In this document: piece after piece, positions 1-13,549 of the stretch
Numbering within the stretch: the first letter of the stretch is position 1
Layout of the letters: each line of letters begins with the position of its first letter
DNA from: Moniliella sp. 'wahieum'
Lineage: Eukaryota
Assembly (NCBI GenBank): GCA_003971905.1
Contig: RSEE01000031.1
Span: forward strand, 434,001-498,000
Reading direction: 5' to 3'
Length of the DNA: 64,000 bases
Translations under genes and position numbers: made by a program
The notes under the pieces: generated by a model
Told to the model about the DNA's origin: nothing
The model's database searches: none
What the model saw: only the letters and a program-made list of their open reading frames with translations

Positions 1-1680
1 CGGTACTGGAAGAAACGAGGGGGGGAGGGAGGCGACCGAGTTGAAGGTGCGGAACTGTTCGGGGACGGACTCGGGCGTGCGGAGGCCGTGGTAGACCTCC
101 CACCAGGCCAAGGTGGACAGGTACAAGTCCGAAGTAAGAATCTCGGTCATATGAGCCTCGATTTGCTCGGCCGGGCCGAAATCGAAGCCAGTCATGCCCT
201 GGATCACAGTGGGATCCAAGTCGGCGACCCGAAGCGGTTGGCGCTTGGGCATGTAGAGTTCCGGGGCGCTCGTACCCTTTGTTGATCCAGGGATGGTTGA
301 GAAGCTCGGTCATGGTTGCGCGTTGTTGCGGGCTGACAACAAGCATGCGCGATAGCAGCTGCTTGCATTCGGCCGAGAGCCATTGCGGATACTCACCACA
401 CCCTTTTTGATCTTGGCGTGAAGCGCGGGCATGGACTGATCGTCAAATGGCACCTTGCCACACACGAGCACATACAGCACCACCCCAAACGACCACACAT
501 CTACCTCGGGACCGGTGTAGAGCTTGGCATTGAGCAGCTCGGGCGATGCAAAGTACAAGGAGCCGCAAAAGGTGGTGAGGTTGCCTTGGGGCGAGTAGAG
601 GTTGAGAGGCCAAAGTCGATGATCTTGATGTTGCCCGACTTGGAGATGAGAATGTTTTCAATTTTGAGATCTGTGTGACCAAAGAAAGCGTCAGAGTGTG
701 CGCACAGACAAGCCAGAGTGGGCTCCAGCGGGGAAGGCAGGGCAAGGGGGCAGGTACGCCTGTACCCCCCCCCCCCCCTACCCCACCTGACCCCAAGACG
801 CTGCGCCAGACGTACCACGGTGGATGACCGAGTTGCGATGGCAGTATTCGAGAGCGGAAGCGATCTGGCGGGCAAACTTGCGCGCCGCACGCTCGCTCAG
901 GCGACCATGGGCGATGATGTAGTCGAGCAGCTGGCCGCCATTGACGTATTCGCACACCATGTAGTAGTGGTTGGGTTGGATCATCATTTCGCGCATCCCG
1001 CACACATAGGGGTGATGGAGCAAGAGTTGCAACGAACCTTCGCGCGTCGTGCGCACCTCCTTGGACTCGTCCTTGGCACGCGCCTTGCGCATGTACGAGG
1101 GCGAGGGCGCCGTGTACGGCCGGCCATGGGAGTCAAGGTAGGGAGTGCCATCCGAGTGACGGGCGGCGGCCTTGGCGGCCACCTGTTCTGCGGCCGCAAC
1201 GAAGTGTGGCGAGGCACAATCTTGATCGCCACACGTTCGCCGGTGGCCATCTTGACCGCCAGCTTGACCTTACCCATGGAGCCGGCACCCAAGGTCTTGC
1301 CCAGGACATAGTCGCCAATGGAGCGGCGGCCGCGGCGCTCGCGCTCCTTGCTGCTGAGAGCGGTGGCGGCGGCGGCGGCGGGGTCGGGGGCATGTGCTGG
1401 GGGTGTCGCTGGGGGGGGCGGGGGCGGTAGCGGTGCGGGTGGGAGGGGGGGGGCACGCGAGTCGCGCTGGCGATCTAGGCCGCCGTCGCGCTGGCGTCGG
1501 CAGGCTCGGGGGGGGGTTGGGCGGGGGCGCAGGGCCATCGGGGTCGAGGGCGCAGGGCCGGTGAAGGGGACGCCCTGGGCGGCGGGGGGACGGTGACGCT
1601 GATGCTGTGCAGGTGGTCGGCCGCGGGGGCTGGTCCAGCGCGGGGTTGGCGAGGGTGGGGTCGGAGGCGGCGGGGCGCAT
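1..1680 (-). CDS. KIN1: Kin1/Par-1/MARK-family Ser/Thr protein kinase, N-terminal part (3' end lies outside the window)
   Basis: Motifs across frames: [124 protein letters not shown] intron at 671-815 splits HRD. The start ATG at 1680 is tentative, and there are several indels. Confidence 0.9.
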
Positions 1681-2597
1681 GGGCAGCACGAGCACGGGGG
1701 GGGGCAGAGCAGAGCAGAGCAGAGCAGCAGAGCAGAGGCGTGCCGACAGCCGAGCCAGCACGCGCGGCAGAGGCAGGGGAGAGCAGAGGGCGGCCGGGGG
1801 GAGGCGGGCGGGAGGAGCGGCGGGAGGTGCTACGGCGTGCGGCTGCCAGGGCCACGGCATCTACGCTGCTGCGACTTCTCTCCTGCGGCCCAGACGGCAT
1901 GCTGCATGCACTCCCTGCAGCCGGCGCGGACGCTGCTGGCCACACGCGCGCCGTGCCGCACGCGCTGCCGGTCCAGGTGGCTTGCTTGCATCCGCCGTCG
2001 CAGCGCGCCAGTGTGCCGCGCTGACCCGTGCACGGCCAGTGTGCTCTGCCTCGCCTCCGTGCCGCCCCAGGCCGCACCCGGCCACACTGCTGCTGTGCGG
2101 GGCCGGGGCGGCGGTGTGGAGAGGGATGCTCGATGCAGGCTGGCCGGTGGGTGAGCGGTGAGCGGTGCCACTCTGGGACAGGCGCGGCGATCTGGGCTGG
2201 GACAAGCCATGGGCGGCCACAGATGGGCTCATGCGCTCATGCCATGCATGCCATGCATGCCTGAGCATGGCCAGCCTGTCTCGATCGAGGCCCCCTGCGT
2301 TCGTTCTCCCAGCGCCCGCTCTCCTCTTCCGCCGCCCCACGTGCTCTTTCCGCCCTTGCACTCCGCCTGCCCAGCGCCAACGCTCAGTAGTTCAAGACGC
2401 ATTCAACGCTCAATTCAACCGAGGCCCTCAGCACCGCCTCAGCACCTCAGCCTGAGCCCTCAGCCTCAGCGCACCATCCACGCCACGCGGCGTATTAGCT
2501 AAGCACATGTCACATCCCTCCCACATCACGTGCACCCGCAACAGCGTTCCCTGGGACTGGCTACTGGCAGTGAAGCGTGAAGCTTGAAGGCTGATGA

Positions 2598-5500
2598 TTA
2601 GGCCACACGCCGGCTGGCTTTCTGAAACACATACAGCACCTCCCCCCCCTCCCTCTGCCCACGCGCCCCTCCCGCGCCCCCGCCCACACAGCCCAAGCGC
2701 TGCTGCTCGCCCACGATCGACTCCAGCACGCTGTCCTGCAGCGCCTCCCGCGCCTGCGCGCGCCTGCAGTCAATGTGTCCCCACGAGAAGAGCGCCGCCA
2801 GCTTGGCCCGTCGGTCCCCCCCGGCTTTTCGCACCACCAAGGAAAGAAACAAAGAACAGGATCCAACAGCAGGTTAGTGGCTCTGCTCTTCGCAAGCAGC
2901 ACCATTCCAGTACCACGCGGGGCAAGGATGCGGGGGGCAGGGGGGACGTACTCGCTCGGTCCCCTCGAGGGACGCTGGCTCGCAGGGACAAACCCAGCCG
3001 GACTCGCTTGAAAAATGTCTTCTTCCTCGTCCTCGTCATCCTCCTCCTCCAGGTCGAGCGGGCGGCATACCACCCCATCCCCAGCACAGTCGCACTGCAG
3101 GTGCTCGTGGGTAATACAGGCGGTAGCGAGATGGAGGGTAAAGATATCTTTGAGCTCCTCGGGAGTAAATGTATCCGACGTTTTGGCCGACGTGGTGGAA
3201 GCAGCGAGCAAGGCATCGCTCAGTCCCATCTTGGACAACTGCCGTTGGTATATCTTTTCATCCAACGTGCCCGCCAACAGGAATCGGTAGACAAAGCACG
3301 GTTTTTTCTGTCCGTCGCGGTGAATCCGCGCCATGGCCTGCTTGTCCGTTGAAGGGTTCCAGTCGCTGTCCAGCAAGACCAGTCGATTGGCCCCAATCAA
3401 GTTGAGTCCCGTGCCTCCCGACTTGGCGCTGAGCAAAAAAATAAACGAGTGCTTCGAGCGAGGCGAACGGTTGAACTGGTTCACTACGTTCTGTCGCTCT
3501 TCTTGCTTGGTCTTGCCGTCGAGCCGGACATGGGGGTAGATGCCCGTAATCATATCTTCCACCACATCCAGCGCACTGGTAAAGTTGGACACGATCACCA
3601 CCTTGTCCTCCGTGTCGGACCAGACGCGTTGCAACAGCGTCTGCAACGCTTTCAATTTCCCGCCCGTCTGCGCCGCTACCACTTTGGGTGCCATCAGTTC
3701 TCGCGCTCGGTCCGTGATGAACACCGCACTGGCTTCCCCCTCGGTTTGGGCCAAGAGACGAGTCGAGTCACACAACTTGCGCAGCAGACCAATCAACACC
3801 AACGCATTCGTCAACCCTACCGTGCCCACTCGTGCCACCTGGGTGGTACCACCATGGACGCGTACACGTCCGACTGCACGGGCGTAGGTGCACAAAACAC
3901 CACCAGATCCGTCCGAGGCGGCAGGTAGCTCGCCAACAGATCCGCCGATCGATGAAGAATGATCTCGACCGTCGCCCGTCGTAGCATCTCGCTCCGTTCG
4001 CGCCTTCTTGCCGCTGGCGCGGCGTACAGCCCTGCACCCGGCTGCGCATGATATGGTCTTCAAACACTTTTTTGAACTGGCCATAGTCGCCCAACAGGCC
4101 CGGCGCGACAAAGTCCACCATGGCGTAAAATTCCGTAAGGTCATTTTGGATGGGCGTGCCGGAGAGAATGATTCGGCGCGGGGTCGACAGGGCTTCAAAC
4201 ATCTTGGTCGTCTTGGCGTCGCGGGATTTGAGACGATGGCCTTCGTCGCAGACGATCAAGTCGACAGGCGGACGAGCTTGCTTCAACTGGTCCATGCAGC
4301 TCCGCAGTTTTTTCGTACCCAATCACCATCACGTCGTACCGTTTGGTACGGGCAAAGGTTTTACCCCGGCTTCTTCTTGTTTGCTGCCATCGACACAGAG
4401 AACGCGAAGCCCACCGCTGGGCAGCCACTTGGTAAATTCCCGTTTCCAATTCTTGACCAGCGTCAAGGGACACACCACAATCGCCTTTTGAATCTCGGTT
4501 GCGATCGGGGTCCAATACGGCGACTGCTTCAACAAGGTATGCAGCAAGGCAATCGTCTGCACTGTCTTGCCCAACCCCATCTCATCGGCCAAAATCGCAC
4601 CTTGGATCATCGTGCCATCGTCGTGCATGCCCATCACGCACTTGTACAGAAACACTGCACCCCTTCCACTTGGTGCGGCCGCAACAACCGCCCCACCACC
4701 GGATCCACCACCACATCCACCACGGGCAACCGGCGCGGATTGAACCGCCGTTGATGCTCCTTGTCCGGACGCGGCATCACCACTGCCCCAGGCGCATGGG
4801 GATCGTGCCGGGGAGCAGGTGTGCACGCTGAGCGCGTTGGGCGCAGGAGGGGGGTGGTTAGAAGGTATAACGTGCAGCACGCCAGGGCTGCGGGTACGAG
4901 AGGTCGGGGGGGGCAGGCGCAACGGCAGGTGGGGATGCAGGGGCAGGGGCAGGGGCAGCGGGTGGCAAAGGAATAGGCCGGTGCGGAGAAGGGTAGAGCG
5001 GTTTCCGCCTTGCCGCAGCAGGGGTGCGGATGGACGGTGTAGTAAGGCGGGCAGGAGAGACGAAATGGTTCGCGGTCCGTCGCACCACGCTAGCGGCGGG
5101 CGAATGAAGATCGGATTTGGCTGGGCTCTGTTTGGACCGACTAAATTCGAGGTAAGTGGAGGTGGCAGTAACTTGGACCTGGACCAGCAATTGGGTTAGT
5201 CCCACGCTCGTACCAAATTACGGGGATGACAACCGACGTACCTCCACCCCACCAAACATGAACTCTGCATCCACCTCCACGTGCCGAGAAAAGGTAGAGG
5301 AAGAAGTAATGCTGTCCAAGCAAGGTCAGTACTCTGCAATGGAACCCCCCCCCTCGATAGCTAGAGCGCATGTACCACAAGAGATGTTTCTGCTTGGGAC
5401 GCGGTACTCACACATGACCCGATCCACTTCGTGCATCCGCGCCGACTTGATCCGCCGATCAATCAAGAGGAACGCATCGCCATCCCAGGTCTGTGTTTGC

Positions 5501-5971
5501 GATGTTGGGGCTTGCGCCAAGTGACCACGTACACCTCCAGTCCGTACCCCGGACCCTCATACGGCTGGCTCGCAAGCTCGCCCTCCACGGTAGGTGAGGG
5601 AGGGTTGTGTAGACCGTAGACTCGTCGGCTGCCTCAATAGGCAGAGACAGGGGCTGGGATGGGGGCTGAGAGGGGTGTGCTGCGACGCAGGCAGAGAGAG
5701 GCTGAGATGGAGTCGCAGGATGGGAGGGGTGGGACGGAGAAGGGGAAGAAGACGGAGGCAGCAGACGCGAACGCTTGCTGGCCCCTGTTGCGCATGCGAG
5801 GGGTAGACGAGTAAAAATGCCGGTGCGCTTACGTGGAGGGGGGGCGCGCGGCGGTGGCGCAGACAAGAGGTTGGCCGAGCGGTTGATGATTGTTGGTGGC
5901 TTGAACGGGTTGAGGAGCGGGTTGGCGTACGCTCGCTCGCCGGGCACGCCGGCGTCCTGCTGGTTGGCCAT
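2598..5971 (-). CDS. RDH54: SNF2-family DNA translocase RAD54B/RDH54
   Basis: N-terminal TWDGDAFL motif; GAILADEMGLGKTVQTIALLHTLLKQSP; DLIVCDEGHRLKS; RRIILSGTPIQNDLTEFY; GLNLIGANRLVLLDSDWNPSTDKQAMARIHRDGQKKPCFVYR; C-terminal CITHEHLQCDC. Probable intron near 2818-2951; multiple indels. Confidence 0.88.
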
Positions 5972-6330
5972 GGACTACGCACGCGACACGATGGGGAGGT
6001 GGGCGCAGGACGCCAGAACGTGGGCCGGACGCACGAGGCAGACAAGGCAGACACGGGGACCTGCGCCTGCCAGCGGTGGGTTGGTGTGGTTGGTTCGTTA
6101 ATGACCGCTGGACGCCCGACGCGACGCGCTGCTTACGCAAGCCCCTGGCCTGCGGCGTCGTCGATCGACGCCCCTTGCGCGGTTGAACGTTTCAGCGACG
6201 GGAGAAGCACGGCTGGCTGACATAAGCTCGCTCGGCCAACGCGACCGGGCAGCGGCGGGGCGGGGGAACGGCTGGACGCGTCGGCGGGAGGCTGCGTGCT
6301 TCCACCATCTGCTCGTCTGGCGCTGGCAGG

Positions 6331-6526
6331 ATGAACGCCAACGGCATGCCCCAGGGGGCGCTCCCCCCGCAGATGATGCAGCTCCTGATGCAGGCCCAGG
6401 CCCAGGCCCAGGCCCAGCAGCAGGCCCAGCAGCAGCAACAGCAGCAGCAGCAGCCGCCGCAGCCGCAGCAGCCCATGGCGATGGACCCACAGCAGATGCT
6501 GCTCCAAGCCCAGCGCATCCACCTCC

Positions 6527-6562
<36 letters not shown>

Positions 6563-6885
6563 TCGGCCAGCAGCAGCTCGGCCAGCTCGGCCAGCAGCCA
6601 CAGATGATGGCCATGCCGCAACGCTGGCCCAACATGGCCACGCCCATGGGCATGGCCATGCAGGGCATGCCGTCCCAAGCCCAGGTTCTGCCGCCGCAAA
6701 CCATCATGCCGCAGCAGATGAACGATCCGACGCTGCAGCAGCAGCAATTGCTTGCCATGCAACGAGCCATTCAAGCTCAGCAACAACAACAGCAGCAACA
6801 ACAGCAACCGCAGCAGCAGCAGCAGCAACCGCAGCAGCAGCAGCAACCACAGCAGCAACAGCAGCAACCACAGCAACAGCAGCAA

Positions 6886-6916
<31 letters not shown>

Positions 6917-6918
6917 CG

Positions 6919-6952
<34 letters not shown>

Positions 6953-7598
6953 CTTCCCAACAGGAACAGCCGCAACTGCAGTCAGAACAGCAGCAGCAGT
7001 CACAACAGCAGCAGCAGCAACAGTCACAACAATCATCCTCCTCAGGTATCGCTCCAGCCATGATGAACCAGCTCTCCACGCCCCAAGGGGCAGCTCAAGC
7101 GTTAGCTTTCATCGCTGCCAAGATGGTTTCCTTTCAAGCGCAGTACCAAGCTGTTCAAGCCAATCCGGATGTTGCCGTACGTCAGCAGCAGCTTGCTCAG
7201 TTGACCCACGCTCTTCGTCAGCTGAGTGCCAACAGGCACGCCATCAACGAAGCGTTCAGTCGACATGGTGTGCCCTCGGAACGCGTGGAACAGCTTTGGA
7301 CCCAGCATGCGTTGCAGGCGGTACAGAGCCGTCAGCAGCAACAAGCTCAACAGCAGCAGCAAGCTCAACAACAACAGCAACCGCAGCAGCAGCAGCAGCA
7401 ACAGCAGCAACAGCAACAGCAACAACAACTACAACTTCAACAGCAATTGCAACAGCAAATGCAACAGCAAATGCAAATGCAACAACAATTGCAGCCGCAA
7501 CAGCAACAGCAACAGCAACCGCAGACGCAACCGCAACAGCAACAGCAGCAACCGCAGCAGCAGCCACAGCAGCAGCAGCAACAGCTATTGCAACAGCA

Positions 7599-7629
<31 letters not shown>

Positions 7630-10600
7630 TCTTCACCAAGCATTGCCCAGCACCAAGGACCCTTGGCCTCTCAGGCCAGTGCCATTCAGCCCAATGTTCC
7701 GCCCTCTTCATCGAACGGAGGTGTTCCACAAGGCCAGCCGCTCGATACGCTCAACTTTATGCGACAACAGCAGCTGCGATCCTCGCAATCGGGCACCCCC
7801 CAGCTGAACCCCGGCTCACCCGCCGCGGGTAGCCCAGCTTTGGGGACCGCAGCCCAGATGACAGGAACGCCAGTGCTGAGCGGTAGTCCTGCACCTCGTC
7901 CATCGTCTACCTCAGGACCGGTACCTGTACCTACTTCGGCATCCACCCCGGCTGCCCCAGCTGCTACCCAGGCCTCACCTGCCGCCACGGCCGCCACGAT
8001 GCAATTCAGTCAGGCTCTGACGGAGTATTGGGCTGCGCGGGGGGTTCAACTGGCCGGTCGGACACCGGATCCGTTCCACTTCACAGGTCCTTCTGCCTCG
8101 GTCGCACCGCCTCTCAATCCTGGGCAGCCTGTGTCACCTGCACAAACCCCGGGCATGCCCCGTACCGTCCATGCACAGCAAGTCTTTATGGTGGTCGTTC
8201 AACTAGGTGGTTCGGAAGGGATTGCGACGCTATCGAGAGGCAAGCAACTTGACGGCTGGACACTTGTCGCGTTCCGTCTAGGTTTCCTTGTTCCGCTGTT
8301 ACGGGGCGACATGCAAACGGCCGTGCAGGCGGGGACCATTCCTCCCCCGGCCAACCCAGCCCGACGGGAGCAGTGCAGCCACAGGAGGTGACAGAGCGGC
8401 TCAAGACGTGGTACCATGAGCTGGTTGCAGGGTTTGAAGAGCACTGGTTGGAGCGTTCCGGTGGGGCCAAGCAGCAGATCCTATCCAATGCCCAAAACAG
8501 TTGGGCCACGGCACTGGCCCAGCTCAAGGCGGTGATCCAGCACCAGCAACAGCAAGCTATGGCCGCAGCAACAACAACAACCCCCTGCCACCCCGGTTAG
8601 CGCCGCTTCTCCCCTCGGTCCTGGATTGGACGCTGCTGCTGCCACGCCTCATGCGCTTCCACCCGCTACGTCCATGCCCGCCTCGGCGGCACCCGCTTCG
8701 GCCGCCATGGCCCCATCGCAGCCGGACCTCAATACCATGGTAAGCCAGCTGAGCCCAACCGACCAAGCGCGCTTGCAGCAGATGCAACAGCAACTCATGT
8801 TGGCCATCCGTGCTGGTCAGACGACGCAGGACGATGCTCGGCAAATGTTTTTCCGTGCAGTGCGTACTTTGTACCAGGCCACCCAGACCGCCGGTACCGC
8901 CTCCGTTGCCAGTCCGCCCGCTGGTCCCGACGCCAGTTCGCCCACGGGCCCTGTCACCGCGGTTGCATCGCCAGGTGGTGCTGCTACCGTGCCCTCCGCA
9001 CCTTCTGCGGCGGCAGGCGTAGGACCGCGTGGGGTACCACCTGGTCCCACCGGCGCACCCACCGCCTCCCCGCGATGCAGACCACCCCGACCGCCGGTCC
9101 AGGCCAGTCTGTACGCCCACAATCCCGTACCGGCTCCACCGGTCCCACATCTCAAGCTGGTGCCTCGCCGCCCCTGCGGCAACGGCGTAAACGCAAAGGT
9201 ACGTCTTATTTTCTTATTTTCTTTTCTTTTCACGATGGTGCCCCGATGTACTGACATTGTCCCTATTTGCCCAGGTGCGGGAGGCAATGCCCGCGGAACG
9301 AAAAGGGCCAAGGCCGAAGAAAGCAAGCCTGCTCCGGAGGCGGATCGGCCTAGCACGGCAGGAAATGAGCCCGGGCCTGCGCAAGCGGTGGCCGAGGAGG
9401 TCTGGCCCCAAACGTCCGAGGGGAAGCCAGCTGAGGTACACAAGATCGAGTACCATCCTCTGATTCGAACGCTGGAAACGGTGGGCGGGGTGGATCTGGG
9501 GCTGTTGGACAAGGCCTTGGAGCCAGTCACGACGGGTGTGGGCGTCCGCGCACGATCAACCCAGGAGCTAGGCACGGTGGATGTGACCGACTTGATTTTA
9601 AGTTTGCGCTCGCGGCTTCAAGTCGAGGTGGGGTATGCGTTGAGCCTGTTGCAGATCCTGAGTCTAGGCGACCAGGCTCTAGGTGGGTTGCAGCTCGCGC
9701 CGTGTGAAGACTTGCTGGACGAACTTTTGTCGGTACTGGAAGACGCGGTCTTTGGGTCGCTGCCTGCCACGCCAATCGCGCCAGGCGCTGGGGCTGACAG
9801 CCCCACCCCTCCCACCCCGCCCCTCGAAACGGTAACGGTGACGAAACTACCGGTCTTGTCGGAAACCATTCCACCTACACCAGCCAAGTCCAAATCACAC
9901 TTGACCTTGGTGCGGGAAGCCAAGATGGACGAGCTGGACATCCGCCCCTTCCGTCGTATGGATGGAAAGCAGGCACGCTGTGGGACCTGTCTGATGCAGA
10001 GCGGCGCGCTGAACAGGACGCGATGACCGCTCTGACTATCCTCAACATCTTACGCAACTGCGTCCAAGTCCGCTCAAATGTGGCCTACTGTAATGCCCAG
10101 GCGCGCCTGTGGCCCCTTCTGGTCCGGCTGGCGCAGGTGGTGCAGTACTTTGCCTCGCCAGGATTTATGGGAGGTCGGGTCGGAGGGGATGAGGAAGAAG
10201 GGGATAACGTAGGAGCGTTGCCCTTCCACCTACGCGGTGGCAGCGACGGATCGTCCTTCCGCACTTTGCCTCCTGGTGCCAAGTTGCCATTTACCTATGC
10301 CGAGGCCGTACGGGTACGGAAGGACGTGATGGTGATTGTGACTGCGCTTGCTGGGGAGCACACCGACTTGGAGCGGATGGCACCGACAACGATCGAAGGT
10401 CTGTGGGAGTTGCTGACCAGTTTCCTGTTTGACCTCGAAGCGGGGCAGGAAATTGATGGCCGCCTGGGCACGATCCCTACCGGGTTCCGAATTCCGTACT
10501 ATGCCGACCTCGCGCTCGAAGGTCTGGCGCGACTGACGCTGCCCGATCGAAACCGGCGCATGATCCGGCGGTTGGTGGAGCCCAAAGCGTTGGTGGCACT

Positions 10601-11078
10601 GGGCATGAACTTGATTCACCGTCTGCCCGTGGAGATGGTGGATTTCCAAGTCATGCTCCAGACCGAGTTCAAGATTGCGTACTTGGAACGGGTCACGCTG
10701 TGCTGGTTCAACCTCGTCTCCCTGGCTCCGGCAACGGTACGAACGCAATTGGCTCAACCGGGGGTGAAGATGGTGCTGCTGCATGCGATCCATACGCTCG
10801 TGAGCCACGGGACCGAGTTTAGCCGGAACCCATTTGGTGTGTTGGCTGCCCGGCTGGCTTCGGGGCTCAAGGTGTTGCTCGTACGGGATGCAGAGGAGGG
10901 AGGGGACGATGAAACGGAGGCTGAGGCCGAGGCGAATATGTTGCCCTTCTCTGGACCGGCAGCTCATGCACAGACGTCCACCTCGCCTTTGGCCGACCAA
11001 ACAGCGACCGTACTCAAGATCTTGCTCGTGCCGGGCCTGGATGCGGACATGGCAGCGGATTTGCAGGCGTTGATTTGA
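6331..11078 (+). CDS. SWI1: SWI/SNF chromatin-remodelling subunit, Swi1/Sol1 (ARID1-like), with a very long Q-rich N-terminus
   Basis: Q-rich N-terminus; degenerate ARID-like segment (QQVFMVVVQLGGSE...WTLVAFRLGF...RLKTWYHELVAGFEEHW); Swi1 C-terminal block KIEYHPLIRTLETVGGVDL...ELGTVDVTDLILSLRSRLQVEVGYALSLL; LTILNILRN; LEGLARLTLPDRNR. Intron 9199-9274 (GTACGT..CTGAC..CAG). Confidence 0.72.
6391..7629 (+). repeat. CAG/CAA trinucleotide (polyglutamine) tracts within SWI1
   Basis: Long CAG/CAA runs seen directly, mainly at about 6415-6600, 6775-7030 and 7333-7629. Confidence 0.97.
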
Positions 11079-11637
11079 TACGGGCACTTTGGCCTTTTTT
11101 GTAACCAGTCTCACTTGAATCGAATTCTACGGGCAGGTGTGGTGGCGCATGGAGAGGATTAGGCGGTTATTGTCATGGTTCAGGTCTGTGAGAGGGGAAG
11201 GGCCTGAGGAGACGCATATGCAGTGTTCTCTTGTACCGGATACGGGTACGAGATGGAACAGGAAATGGAGATGGGGAGAGGATGGGATCATATTCATCGA
11301 GTGGAAAGAGAGCGAGGTATATATGCCTCGGAGAAGAAGAGAACATGCGAGCTAGTAGTGACGCAAGAGACTGCTAGAAGAGAGGACCATTGTTCTACTT
11401 GGGGCAGGATAAATTAAGTGAACGAGCGCGAGCTGGCCGATAAACACCCCATGGCTTGCCCCCGACTGATGAGGGGCACCGACCGGGTAAACGACGTCCT
11501 GAGGCGCAGTTGGGGAGGGGAAGGGGGTGGGGAAATGAGCGACTGCTGGAGCTGGCAGCATCCGCGGCGCGGGATATACTTTCCGGAATAGCGAGTTGTC
11601 CGACTACTTGTATGCATTGCTCATGTGAACATGAGCA

Positions 11638-11744
11638 ACAGGCATAGCCTAGTGGTCTATGGCATCGTATTCAAGTCATTAAGCGCTTCCGCTTAAGAGT
11701 GGATGGAACTGCGACATTCGTGGGTTCGAGTCCCACTGCCTTCA
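11638..11744 (+). tRNA. tRNA with CAA anticodon (Leu by anticodon), 33-nt intron at 37/38; atypical or possibly a pseudogene
   Basis: A box TAGCCTAGTGG; D arm GCCT/TGGC; anticodon stem TCGTA(11665-69)/TGCGA(11710-14) with loop TT-CAA-G|C; intron 11676-11708; T arm GTGGG-TTCGAGT-CCCAC; acceptor AGGCA/TGCCT with pairs 1-72 and 2-71 mismatched; discriminator A; T8 Pol III terminator at 11745-11752. Confidence 0.8.
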
Positions 11745-12073
11745 TTTTTTTTGTTCAGTTGGCCCATTGTTTTGGGAGCAGGAGAGGCCCGGGAAGACCT
11801 CCGCCCGCCCTCCGCGCCAATGATATCGATGGTCGATGACCATGGCCTCGATTCGAGCAAGTGGTGGCGCCGAAACCCATCGGATGGCCACCGGTCACGT
11901 ACTGTGTGGCTGCGCACGGGCCATGCCCGCGGAAACGTTGCTGCGGCGGCTTGCTTGCTGTATGACAAAAGGTGCCGACTGACAGAACCAAAACACCCTG
12001 CGTACTCACAGCCGGCGTGCCTGACCCCACCGCATCCAGCTCCGTCCATCCATCAGCACACCACCCCCACAGA

Positions 12074-13245
12074 ATGCCCTCACTCTCGGCCCTTCTGGGG
12101 TACGACGCGCTTCCAGGGGGGCGCGGCGCCCCTGAGCACGCCTATCCTATCGGCGCCCATGGCCGGTAGCGCAGGTGGTGCCCTTGCCGCCGCTGTCACC
12201 CGTGCCGGTGGCCTCGGCTTTTGCGGGGCTGCGATGTACGATACTGGCAAACTGGCCGAGGAAGTCAACTTGGCCCAGGCCAGCTTAGGCTTCTCTTCTC
12301 CTTCGTCTGCCGATCGATCGCAAGGGCAACGGATCCCGATTGGAGCCGGGGTTCTCGTCTGGTACCTTTCCCAACTGTACGGAGGCAAGGTCCCTGAGCC
12401 CCACCAGGGCCCTGAGACAAGTGCGGCTCATGCCCTGGTTTATGCCCTGGCTCGCACCCGGTTGGCAGCCATTTGGCTTTCTTTTGGCTCCTTGAATGAG
12501 ACAGAAGCTTGGGTGCAGTACCTGCGGTATTGGGATGCCTACTTTGCCCACAAAGAACAGGATGAGCCTGTACGGGTCATCTTGGGTGTGGGTACGGTGC
12601 AAGAAGCTGAACAGGTGCTGCATCTTCGTCCCAACGCACTCGCTGTGACAGGAAACGAAGGCGGAGGCCACGGGGTGTCGGCCTCCCCCCCAGTGAGCGA
12701 CTTGCTGGCCCAGATCAAAACTCTCGTGCGTCCCCTCGGATCGGAAGGGCCTCTGTTGTTTTGCCGCTGGGGGATTGGCGACGGGGCACGATGCTGGGCA
12801 GCTGTTGAATCAAGGTGCCGATGGTGTGATTTTTGGCACACGATACCTGCTTACCCCCGAGGCGAATTACACCCCTGTTCAAAAAGATCTCCTACTCCAG
12901 GCAGGATCGAGTTCCAAGGCGGCGACCGTCCAGGGGTATGGGACTGGGGGGCCCACAGTACGTTCTTATGCTTTTGATTATGCGCGTCAAACCACCGCTT
13001 GGCCCGCTGGGGTAGATGGGCGTGGGTTGCGTAGCCGGACTGTGGATGAGTTCGATCCGGCTCGCCCAGAAGAGGCAAGCAAGACGTACGATGGAACCGA
13101 TCCCAACCGTGTGATCGTTTGGGCAGGAACGGGGGTGGATCGCATGCACGATATTCTACTACCAGCTAGCCAGCTGACTGCCCGTCTGGCCAGCGAGATC
13201 GCTACAGTTCAAGTGGGATCGGCAACTGCAGTACCTAATAACTAG
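12074..13245 (+). CDS. Nitronate monooxygenase / 2-nitropropane dioxygenase family (FMN TIM barrel)
   Basis: PILSAPMAGSAGGALAAAVTRAGGLGF, VGTVQEAEQV, TGNEGGGHG, GADGVIFGTRYLLTPEA, TVRSYAFD, WPAGVDGRGLR, VWAGTGV. Indels near 12120 and 12760. Confidence 0.88.
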
Positions 13246-13549
13246 TAACAACTGCCCTCACTGCCCGTTTATCATGATGTGTTACGTTTCCGGCTCGACG
13301 GTATGGACGATTGGACTGATGTGGTCCTGCGCATGATCGTTTGATATCCAAAATAGAGAAAACGAGAGATATCAAGTACGGCCAAACAATGGACCCTCCC
13401 TTGCGCGCTCTGCATTCTGTAGTATAGTAGTCGGCTGTATTAGGCATCTCACCTGCTCTGGAGACCTTACCCGACCGTCCACCGCCACGGGTGTTCCTTT
13501 TTCAAACAGTCGTGATAACCGTTAGGTATATTTGATGGGTCCGAATAGG

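Noticed and set aside
6098..7832. Long poly-Leu, poly-Ala, poly-Cys and poly-Ser ORFs
   Set aside because: They are alternative-frame and antisense shadows of the CAG/CAA repeats.
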